From Octopus vulgaris (lineage: Eukaryota): a DNA stretch of 64,000 nt. Numbering within the stretch: the first letter of the stretch is position 1; the number at the start of each line of letters is the position of its first letter. The stretch lies in assembly GCA_951406725.2 (NCBI GenBank), contig OX597824.1:3658001-3722000 (forward strand), in the 5' to 3' direction. Shown here in pieces: positions 40,401 to 53,125 of the stretch. Under the pieces are notes generated by a model. It had not been told where the DNA came from and searched no databases. It saw nothing but the letters and a program-made list of their open reading frames with translations. Both the position numbers and the translations under genes were made by a program.

Positions 40401-43400
40401 GAATTAGAAAGACACATAACAACACTTCAACTGCTGCATGCAGTTCTCTGGTTACAACCAAAGGGACAGGATTAGAGTGTACAAAGGAGCAAGAACTAAG
40501 TACAAAGCCATCATAGAGAGTGATGCTAAGGGGATCTGCCCACTGGTCAGGAATAAATCCAGGATCAGCATGGAAAGGACCAGTAATAAGATAAATAAGG
40601 CCAACACTTGGTATGATAACAAAAAATACCAGAGTGTCATGTTCATTGATGCTACCCCTGGTGGCAAACTAGCACACCTTTTTAGAAAAACATTAAGTAA
40701 GGCTAATCTACAAATTAAAGGAGGAGAGAGGCCTGGTGCCTCTCTAAAATCCCTGATGTGTAATACCTATCCCTTTGATAAGTCCCCCCATACAGAGTAC
40801 AATTGGGTTATATGTAGGATGAACCCCCCCCCCCCCAGGTTAACTGTAAGGTTAAGAATGTAGTGTATAGCTTACGATGTACTGAGGAACGGCGCAGAAA
40901 CATGACAACTACCTACATTGGTGAGACTGCATGCAGCATAGGAGAGTGAACAGGTGAACATTGGTGAGAGCTCATTAGTGCTCTACTAACATGCTCAGGC
41001 ATGATGGCTCAATTAATGACATAGAGGTTAAAGTACCAAACAGGCTCTTTTGCGATTCCCTTAAAGCCAGAAAGTTTTCAGTACCCCTTGTATGCCTATT
41101 CTATCAAAGTTACTACAACAGTCAGTTGTAGTGCTGATCCTATGAACTAATTTATTGCATACCCTCTCCACAGAGTCCCACCAAAGTCCACTGTGACGCA
41201 CTCTTTTGCCATAGCCATGGTTGACTAGAATCTTGTGAGTAAAATTGCATAGACAATCTGCATAGATGGAAATCTATCGACACTTAGGTAGGGACCATTC
41301 CAGTTCTTCTGTAATAGACTTAATTCATTGCCAGTTACATACACCTGACATATGGGAGCTTTTAGCTGAGTCCACTCAGAAGCAAGCATTTGAATCAGGT
41401 ATCCTGTCTGATGTCTGAGGATAACTCGCTCCCTTCATTCCACCAATTTCAGGGCCCTTAATAAGGGGTCATAGGTGTTGCCTTTCCACTGTTGATTAAG
41501 TCACATTCATTTAATATTTAAATTTGAAACAAAATATTACTGTCAGGTATTAAACAGTCTACATAGATATAAAATATAGGAGGGAGAGAGGGGGAGAAAG
41601 AGACAGGGTATGTGAGACAGGATGAGAGAGAAAGGGTGAGAGAGAAAGACAGGAGAAAGAGGGTGCAGAAATGAGAGAGTTATGGAGAATGAGAGAAAGA
41701 GAGAGATAAGAGGGTGATAAAGAGATCAAAGCATTAAATACAGAACTTACAGCATTTTTGCTGCATCAAAATCATTGTAGACATTGTTGGTACTAGATAC
41801 GGATTTTGTAAACGTCCGGATTTTGGGGTGTTCTGTTTTACCATTGTTTGCTTCCAGCAATTTGTGTTGGTAGGCCTGCTTTGCTTGCTGTATATAGAGT
41901 TTCCTGTTGCAGAGAGAGAACTCATCTAAGCTGATGCTAAAAGACATTGCCACGTCATCAATGTTGTATAACAAATTTTATACAATACAACAACAATATT
42001 GTATGAGGTTCTATACTAAACAAGATCAATACGGTCAAATGTATTATACATTATCATCATCATCATCATCATTAATGTCCACTTTCCATGCTGGGAAGGG
42101 TTGGATGGTTTGACAGGAGCTTTCAAGCTACAGAACTGTGCCAAGCTCTACTTTGGTTATGGTTCCTATGGTTGGATACCCTTCCTAATGCTAACATCAT
42201 CATCATCATCATCGTTTAACATCTGCTTTCCATGCTAGCATGGGTTGGACGAATGACTAAGGGCTGGCAAACCAGATGGCTGCACCAGGCTTCAACCTTG
42301 ATCTGGCAGAGTTTCTACAGCTGGATGCCCTTCCTAACGAAGCAATTGCTCCAGCTCCCTTTCAGAGTTGGTGAAAGCAATGTGGTGGACAACAAAAGAC
42401 CTGGCTGATGACAGTCAAGGCTGATCTGGAACTCAACCTAGGCCCCCATATCTACGGCGCTCGCTGCTGGAATAAGGAATGGTTGGAGATCACACAGTCG
42501 TTAGCTTCAAATCGCCAGGCCTGGTCGGCGTTTGTGAGAGATGCAGCATTGAGGAAGAATGAAGCCAGCTCAACCCACCCCGGGTGAATGCTGTCTCAAG
42601 TCAAGTCAAGCATGTTTCCCAGGCATGTGGTCCTCGGTTTAATCTCATTGTAGAGCAACCTAGGCAAATGTCAGATTTGGAAGATGGAAACTGAAAGAAT
42701 CCTATTGTATACATATGTATGTGTGGGTGTGTGTGTGTACCCTTGCCTTGATATCATGTGATCGTAGTAAATGAGAATCGCCATTATACAAATGGTGTCT
42801 TTTTTGTTTCCAGCCTTCATGGAAAACATGTCCGGTCATGGGGAAATATTACGTTGCTTGGAAACGGGTGAGAGTTGGTGACAGGAAGAGCATCCAGCCA
42901 GAGAAATTCTGTCTCAACAAATTCCGTCGGACCCATGCATGCATGGAAAAGTAGACATGAAAACAATGATCCTCCTCATCATAGCTGTAATATAGCATTG
43001 ATCATCTTTGCATGGCCAGAGCTCACTTGGATTTAAACAACAAAAACAATTAAAAAAATTCAAACTCATGAAACAAGTTCATATCCCAAACAGTAAACAA
43101 ACAAAAATGAAAAAAAAAAACAGGAAAAAAAAATACAAACAAATATAAACACAGAAAATACTGACCGGTTAGCGGCAATTTTCTTTCTTACATAATTCAA
43201 AGATTCAGCAAAGAAACTCTCCAGATCATTCCGTTGTTCCAAGACACCTCGTGCCAACCGTTTTATGTGGGACAATTCCTTAGATTTTGCTTCTATCACT
43301 TGCTGTAATTGAACTACCTCTTGTTTGTTACACTCTGTTTCCTTATGACACTCTACAACCAAGTCATTTTTCTTTGTCTCAAATTCTTTGACCATATCAC

Positions 43401-44899
43401 TCTGTGATTTCTCCAGGTCTTCAATTCTTTGCAGCAGCTAAGTTTATAAAAAAGAAAAACAAAAAAATTCAAACAAAAAATGATTTGGTAAAGAACTTCT
43501 TCTCTATCCTCTTCATTCCTGATCTACTGAAGTTCTATAAAGAAAAGGTAAAATAAAAGACACACTCTGCATGAATTTTTTTCAGACTCTATTTCCATCT
43601 TAATGAAATGCCTCACTTCATAAAATGCTTAAACAATAACTCACAAGTTATGCAATGCTGAAAACTTCTTAAAAGAATGAAATAGTGCCATACTTTACTC
43701 ATTTTCAAATGATTGTGAATTCTATGCATTTTTTTCATTATAATTTCTTAATTTCAATTTCAAATTTCTAATCCTGCTTCAAATTATGGAAAAAGGATTA
43801 TCTCCTTTGTAATAGGTCTGACCTTTAGAGGGATCATGTGTTTGAATAAACAGATAAATACACTAAAAAGGTACAGACATGACTAGGAGATTAAGAAGTT
43901 CTTTTTATAATTAAATGGTTTGGGATTCAGTCCCAATGTATGTTACCATAGGGTTATAGTCTTCTACTATAACCCTAGATTAGGGGTTCTCAACTGGGAA
44001 CCATATGGAGCCTGGGGGCCCATATAACATTTTTAGTGGTCCACAGATGCAATATAGTAAAGGAGCCATGAAGAAATTGTGATTTAGACCAGTATTTTCC
44101 AATGTGGATCCCTTGTTCTCTGGCTTTGCAGTAGGGCACACTCAGGTTTAGAAACTTGTTTACAAAACAACCTGAAAAATATTCTTTTCTTTTTTTTTTA
44201 TTCTTTTAATTGTTTCAGTTATTTGACTGCAGCCATGCTGGAGCACCACCATTAGTCGAACAAATCGACCCCAGCACTTATTCTTTGTAAGCCTAGAACT
44301 TTCGATCTCTTTTGCCAAACTGTTAAGTTATGGGGACGTAAACACACCAACATTGTCCTCTCTATGTTTAGCCCCTTATGGGTAATAAAGAAACAGGTAT
44401 ATTACATATCAGGACAAGTATGGGGTCATGTGTCACTGCAGCACCTTGTTGCAGCCACCATTTGTCAGTATTTGTTCAGGTCATCCCAGGCAACCCTTAA
44501 AGCAGGGTCCCAATCAGCCCCTGTCTCTGCAAGATGCTTCTTCATCCACTGTGACCCGGTGCCATGTGGCTACATTATATTTCATACAATACAAATTCTT
44601 GTTATACTGAAATGAACTTCATTCCCAGAAAAGCTGAAAACACACACACTTATGACAGTGTCCCTCGATGAGACAAATGAAATAATAATGGCCAGTAATT
44701 CCTGGGGGAGGGGCAAAGTCAATTAGATTGACTCCAGTGCTCAGCTGATAATTATTTTATTGACCTCGAAAGGATGAAAAGCAAAGATGACCTTAGCAGA
44801 ACTTTGAACTCATAACGTAAAGACAGATGAAATGCCACTAGGCATTTTTGTCTTGCATGCTAGCATTTCTGCCAGCTCACCACCCTAACAAATGAATCA

Positions 44900-44958
<59 letters not shown>

Positions 44959-45512
44959 GAGTGAGAGAGCAGTTCATGCCATCAAAGTGACACTGGGGTA
45001 AAATATACAAAGCCCAGTATACCCATTATGACTACCAGTCTGATAAGGGTACACCAGGCACATGCATCACAACCCTATGTGATTGACATGGTGATCTCAT
45101 ATCAAGATAAACAGCACATGACCTTGCAGGTGGGGCCCAGTTAGAATTTTCTTCAGGTTGAGTAGCCCATCCCGCTCAAAAGGTCCTTGAATAATGATTG
45201 TTTAAGGATGTTGAACGAACCACCCATGTTTCCAGAGGTGAATTATCCAAACCCCAAAGAATCCCTCTCAACACATGGCTATGATGCTCCCCCACTATTT
45301 CTGCTCGTGATCAGAGATGCACATATTGTCAGCCACTAAGGGACATGTTCAACTGGTTAAAGTCAAACAACTGACAAGCAAATCTGTGGTACTGAGCAGA
45401 ATATTTGCTGTAGCCCATCTTTTATACCAAGACAAAACAATGTACATAATGACACTTCCAATCAGTTAAGATCAGAAGCCATGAGAGCCACTGCCTGGTA
45501 CTGCATCAGGGC

Positions 45513-45592
<80 letters not shown>

Positions 45593-47445
45593 CCTTACCT
45601 TTTCGTTCTCAGTTTTGTAGTTATTCACTTCTTTAACTTTCTTGTGTAATAGAATCTTTTGTTCTTTCAGTTCCTGCTTTACAAACTCATATTTTTTGAC
45701 AAATTTGTTGTTAGACTGTCTCAGACTTTCAATATCCTTTATATGTGTCAACAGGGCTTCGGAAAGTCTGGCATTCTCTTGGTAAATTTGCTTTGTAATA
45801 TCGTTTAGATTCCTATAAAGGACAACAAGAAATGTTCAAGCTAATGAGAGAGCCTCAATATGGTGACTTGATCTATCAGAAATAGCAGCCAAATCTCCTA
45901 GATTAGAAAATAAAAATTTTTACTTCAAATCCTTGAAACATGGTCTGGAACTAAGTTGGCATTGAGGAATAAAACATCTGATGATGATCTGATATTAAAT
46001 ATTGATAAAATGATCAAAATGAAAAGTAGAAATAAATAGGCGTAGGAGTGGCTGTGTGGTAAGTAGCCTGCTTACCAACTACATGGTTCCGGGTTCAGTC
46101 CCACTACATGGCACCTTGGGCAAGTGTCTTCTACTATAGCCTTGAGCTGACCAAAACCTTGTGAGTGGATTTGGTAGACAGAAACTGAAAGAAGCCCGTC
46201 GTATATAGGTATATATATGTGTGTGTGTGTGTGAGTGTATATGTTTGTGCTCCCCAACATCGCTTGACAACCAATGCTGGTGTGTTTACGTCCCTGTAAC
46301 TTAGCGGTTCGGCAAAAGAGACCGATAGAATAAGTACTAGGCTTACAAAGAATAAGTCCTGGGGTCGACTTGCTCGACTAAAGGCGATGCTCCAGCATGG
46401 CCACAGTCAAATGACTGAAACAAGAAAAAGAGTATAGTGCAGGAAAATTTGAGGGCAGGATGGAAAGATTGGACCAAAAAGAGGAAGGAGTCTAGTTGTT
46501 CATGGCAGAGTGAGGTCATGCTGATGCAGTCATTGATATAATGACCCTATAGTTCGGGAGTGGGACCGGCGAATTGTGAGAATATTTGGGCCAATAAACA
46601 GGTTTGCATAGTTGGGGCCCATTCTTGTGATCTTTGTGATATGATTGTTCACTTTTAGAATGATATAATAGGTTACTAGTTAAAGGCCAAATCTGACTAA
46701 TATAAAGATAAAACAAGTCGAATATTAGGACTGGATACAGCCAGTTTAAATGTTAAACTGTTAACCTTGTTAACCCTTCCATTAACTATAAACAACCAGA
46801 CCATTCCATCTCCCTCTCTCTCTGCAAGTAAGTTAATGAATTCTTGATAGTAATCTGGTACCTCAATACAATATACTTTCGATAGCTGAATTAAACACAA
46901 ACATGTTGAGGCGTAAACACACACAGCCACACAAACACACACTGATGCTAATGTTGAAGCTGATAGGTTACAACGTTGTGAACAACAACAGATATTTACT
47001 GATGAAAGGGTTCAATACTTTTAATGGAGCATCAAATTATATATCACATATATACATGAAGGTAGATTGGAAGTCTTATTTACACCTGTTTCCAGCTTGA
47101 AGTCTTGAACGATTTGTTGACAGGAAAAAAACCGACTGCATTACTCTACAAGCAATTGCAGATATACATAAACACATGGGAATATGCGTGTGCATGCACA
47201 CATACACACACATGCACGTGTGCACACACAAACACACACACATACATACATACATACATACATACATACGTATGTACATACATACATACGTACATATAAA
47301 CGTACATACGTACATACATACACACACATACACACACACACACAAACACACATACATACATGCATACATACATACATATATACGTACATACATACGTACA
47401 TACAAATGTATGTACGTACATACATACACACACACACACACATAC

Positions 47446-47476
<31 letters not shown>

Positions 47477-47540
47477 CACACATACACACATACAGACATA
47501 CATACATACATACATACATACATACACACACATACATACA

Positions 47541-47571
<31 letters not shown>

Positions 47572-48517
47572 GAGGGTTGGCAACAGAAAGGGCACCTAAC
47601 TGTGAAGAGGTGCCTCGGTAAACTTAATCCAAAACCATGCTACATGGGAAAAGTAGTTGCTAAAAAGATGGAAAAGAAAAAAACCATTTACTTGATAGCA
47701 TCCTGTCGGGCTTCACGCCTGAGTTTAAAAGTTTTCTTATTCGTTTCTTCTTCAAATCTAAACTGTAAATAAGAAGTTACAAAATAGGCCAGCGTAGACA
47801 GAAAGGGTGTATATTTAAAGCAACGACAGCAACTGCAGGACAAGCTAACAAGATAACACACAGGTTAATTGTAAAACAGGATTAGGAGTTTGAAACAAGA
47901 AACAGGATATCCAGCAGCACATTAAACAAAAAGGCTATTTAGTAAACTGATCCTCTACGCTGCACAGAAGAATATGAATACAATGAGAGGACTGGAGCCC
48001 GAAATGGAAAGGTAAATATTTAGATGTAATGCAATACCTGATATGAGGAAAAGAGATGAAACTGAATATGTTCAAAGGAAGGTTTCTGTATAATTTCAAT
48101 TGATTGCGGGGGGGGGGGGGGGATTAGTATAGAATAATGGCAGTGATTTTTAGCTCATTCAAACTCAGTGCACCTTTTCAGTACCAAACGGCATTTGAAA
48201 AAACGCCCTTCAAGATTTACAAATAAAAATAAGCTAATTTTGTACAGTGGTTTATCGTCCATATTCTCTTACATTATTCCATAGCACTGTCCTCTTTTTA
48301 GATATTCTGCATGGATTAATGGCCTTTATGGTCAATTTTTATTGACATTACAGGCACAGAAGTGGCTATGTGATAAATATCTTGCTTACCAGCCACATGG
48401 TTCCGGGTTCAGTCCCACTGCATGGCACCTTGGGCAAGTGTCTTCTACTATAGCCTCAGGCCGACCAAAGCGTTGTGTGTGGATTTGGTAGACGGAAACT
48501 GAAAGAAGCCCGTCGTA

Positions 48518-48559
<42 letters not shown>

Positions 48560-50634
48560 TGTATGTATGTATTATGCATGTGTATATGTTTGTATGTCTG
48601 TGTTTGTTCCCCAACATCGCTTGACAACCGATGCTGGTGTGTTCACGTCCCGGTAACTTAGCAGTTCGGTAAAATAGACCGATAGACTAAGTTCTAGGCT
48701 TACAAAGAATAAGTCCTGGGGTCGATTTCTTCGACTAAAGGCGGTGCTCCAGCATGGCTGCAGCCAAATGACTGAGACAAGTAAAAGAGTAAAGAGAGTA
48801 AAGAGTATTACAAAAGAAGGTGAAGGCTTGAGTCAATAAAATGATATTCTACCTTCAATTAATGTTTCTGCTCACTAATAACATAATGGTCAACTCATAC
48901 TTCAATTCCAGTAAAGATTTTGTTTTTAAACATATGTTTTGCCCTTATCCCTTATCTGGTGGTCAATGAGGAAACTAGGGATGGAAGAATGGTTAGTGAG
49001 AGCTGTGCAAGCCATGTACAGGGACACTGTCAGTAAGGTGAGGGTTGGCAACGAGTACAGTGAAGAATTCCGAGTAGAGGTAGGGGTCCACCATGGTTCA
49101 GTAATTAGCCCCCTCCTATTTATCATAGTCCTCCAGGCAATATGATAAATTTATCGACCCTGAAAGGATGAGAGGCAAAGTCAACCTCGGTGGAATTTGA
49201 ACTCAGAATGTAATGGCAGATGAAATACCTATTTCTTTACTACCCACAAGGGGCTAAACTCAGAGAGGACAAACAAGGACAGACAAACGGGTTAAGTCAA
49301 TTATATCGACTCCAGTGTGTAACTGGTACTGATTTGACATGGTTTTTACAGCAGAATGCCCTTCCTAATACCAACCACTCCAAGCATGTAGTGAGTGCCT
49401 TTAATGTGTCATCAGCACCAGCCACATCTACGATTCCATGAGTTTTATTCAAGCACAGCAAGTAGCCGAAGGTCTCAATCGCTTGTCATCTCTGTGAAAC
49501 CCAACATTCAAAGATCAGGCTTCACCCGAAACCACATTGCTGAGAAGTGAACATTTTAACCAAACAGTCATGCCTGCACCTATCTCGATTACCAGCACGT
49601 AAAAAGCATCCACTACACTCACGAAGTGGTTGGCGTTAGGAAGGGCATCCAGCTGTAGAAACACTGCCAGATCAAGATTGGAGCCTGGTGCAGCCTTCTG
49701 GCTTTCCAGACCCCGGTTGAACCGTCCAACTCATGCTAGCATGGAAAGCAGACGTTAAATGATGATGATGATGATGATGATTTAGTTGAACAGATTCGTT
49801 ATTTTTCCCAGAAAACCTGGCCCAGGGGTAGAGATTGGATCAGATCCTATCTTTGGATTTGGATTTGGAAATGGAACCATTTATGACTGTAAAAGATTTT
49901 GGAAAAGCTTCTAATATAAACATAAACCAACCTTATCTTCGAAGAATTTCCTTTCAATCTGTTCAAGTGTTTTCTGGTGTTGGTCATCTGTGATTCTAAA
50001 AGCTTCTTTCATCTACAAATGATTAAAATATGAAATAATGAGATAAAAACGAGTAATTTTTGTTTTCTTTGTTTTCTGTTACTACAAAGGCATCAAGTCT
50101 AGCTCTCTTATTTGTACCAATAAACAATGTTCTTTGATTCTTTCACTTGTCTCAGACATTGGGCTGCAACCATGCTGGAGCACTGAATAGGTTAGTTGAA
50201 TAAATCAACCCAATCACCCCCAAACCTCATTCTTTTTAAGTTTGGTTCTTATGTTATCAGTCTTTTGCAGAACTGCAAAGTCACAGGGACAAAAACAAAC
50301 CAACACCAAACATCAAATGGTGGACAAGTGCAAAGTGACGACACACATGCATACTTACATTTGTGTGTATACATGACATGCTTCCATACAGTTTCCATTT
50401 ACCAAATTCGTTCACAAGACATTAGTTGGTTGGAGGCTAGAGTAGAAGGCATTTTCCAAGGTGCCATCAAGTGGAACTGTATTAGAAACCATATGGCTCT
50501 CGTGCTGGCGGCACATAAAAATACCCACTACAATCTCGGAGTGGTTGGCGTTAGGAAGGGCATCCAGCTGTAGAAACTCTGCCAGATCAGATTGGAGCTT
50601 GGTCCATTGGATGGGGGGCGTTTTGCTCATGTAC

Positions 50635-50685
<51 letters not shown>

Positions 50686-53082
50686 TATGTCTGGATTACT
50701 GCTCACAGTGTGAAATTAACAGCGAACCTTGAAGCAATCCAGAGAAGATTCACAAAGAAGATCATCTCTTTGCAATGCTCAGCTACTGGGAAAGGTTGAA
50801 ACTGCTAAGACTCTACTCTCCGGAGAGAAGACGGGAGAGGTATGCAGTAATATATATCTGGAAGATCCTGGAAGGAATTGTGCCAAATTTTGGCATTGAA
50901 AGCTACACCAATGCCAGAACAGGTCGAAACTGCACAGTGCCAAAGATCCCAACAATCCCATTGCGCTTCAGGGCCAGTTACTGCAACAGCCTGGGTTTCA
51001 GGGCCTTATTAATACTCTCCGAAAGAGCCTGAGGGACCTACACAAAGTGGATGTAGATGTTTCCAAATCAAAACTGGACGTCTTCCTGTTGTGAGTCCCA
51101 GATGAACCTACCTCGAAGCAAGAGGTGCAAATGAGGGTAGCAAAATCAAACTCCCTTATTCACCAAATGCCACATATTAGAGGAGGCTCTCAATAATAAC
51201 AGTGTAGCAAAACAGTAGTGCCCGATTGTGGCCATAGCTCTGAGTTGAAACTAAAAAAAAGGAAACAAAGATGAAATATATAGATACATCTATCATCATC
51301 ATCGTTTAACATCCGTTTTCCATGCTGGCATGGGTTGGATGGTTTGACTGAGGACGGGTGAGCCAGATGGCTGCACCAGACTCCAATCTGATCTGGCAGA
51401 GTTTCTACAGCTGGATGCCTTTCCTAATGCCAACCACTCTGAGAGTGTAATGGGTGCTTTTACCTGCCACTGGCACAAGAGCCAGTCAATGCCGTACTGG
51501 CAACGGCCACACTTAAATGGTGTTTTTATGTGCCACCTGCACAGGAGCCAGTCCAGTGGCACTGGCAACGACCTCACTCAAATGTTGTTTGTCATGTGCC
51601 ACCAGCACAAATGCCAGTAAGGCCATGCTGGTAATGATCAAGGGAGCCAGTCAGCGGCCCCGGCAGTGATCACGCTCAGATGGTGCTGTTAGCGCTCCAC
51701 TGGCATGGATGCCAGTCATGTGGTGCTGTCATCAAATTTGATTTCGATTTCGATTTCACTTGCCTCAACAGGTTTTCACAAGCAGAGTTTAGTGTCCAAT
51801 GAAGGAAGAGGTATGCATAAGTGGACTGGCTACACCCCTGGCATAGGCCAAGGGTTATGGTCTCACTTGGCTTACTGGATCTTCTCAAGCACAGCATATT
51901 TCCAAAGGTCTTGGTCAATAGTCATTGCTTCAGTGAAGCCAAATGTTCAAATGCCGTGCAATATACACACACATGCACGCAAGGATGCTTCCATAACTTC
52001 ATTCCATCAACCAAATTCCACCCATTACTTAATGCCCTCCTCAATCTAAGGAATTTTGCAAAACACTTTACAGTAGGGTTAAATCCCAAAACATCGGTTG
52101 TGGATCCCGCTTCTCCAACAACTGATAGAACTCTCTTAGATGACAAGCAAATTATAATCACCCCTTTGCACCTAATTGTAGGGGACAAAATATAACAGGG
52201 AAAGGATGAAAAATATTTTTCCGTCAGCACCTTACCTCATCTATTTCCTTCTGCATTTCATCTCGCTCTGCAGAAATATGACGGACTTGTTTGAGGTCAT
52301 TGTGATAACTATCCGCTTCTCGTCTTTTCGCTTGTAGCTTATCTTCAAGATTGTTTAACTGTTCCTGGAAGTCAACAGTCTAAAAAGAAGAAAAAAATGG
52401 TAAAATTCATGCTAAATATGTTTTCTAGCTAGAAATAACAATTACTCAGAAATAATAATTACTCGAGAGGTACCCTTCATTGAGTAATTATTACCTCCAA
52501 AGTTCTGCTCGTTAGGAAGCATATGTAACCTGGATTTTATCCGCTCCATTTTCCTCAATTTGGATTTTTATTTACATTCATAGCAACCCTTGTTGCTAAA
52601 CATGAACGATAAAAAGACTTTTTCCCAGCTTCTCAAACCTCAATGTAGGAAAACCTACAACTATCAATGCCAATAGAATAATATCGTTTCTGAAAGTTGT
52701 TTTCTTTACCTACCATGCACTGCTCAAAGCTTACTAACTCTCTACACCTAAATCCTTGTGTATGTGTATGAGTGTCTGTGTGTGTATGTATATATATATA
52801 TATATATATATATGATATATGATAGATATATATATGATATATCATATTATAAAATTCTATATGTGGCTGAAGATTGCTCGACATTTTAAAACTGATGTAA
52901 TACTTATAGTGTTTAATAAAATGAAGTAGCATGAAACGATTGTACTACTCTACCTTGGATATCCTTGTTGCTTATTTTGATTATAATCACCCCATTTGAT
53001 TTATATGGATAATACCATACCAAATTCTGGTGCTTCTAACTTAAGTACCAGATTCATCTGAATCTAAATTTTGCTGAACTTA

Positions 53083-53125
<43 letters not shown>

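Noticed and set aside
41400-41460. CTGAGGA hammerhead core after the Penelope relic
   Set aside because: No matching stem II and GAAA downstream.
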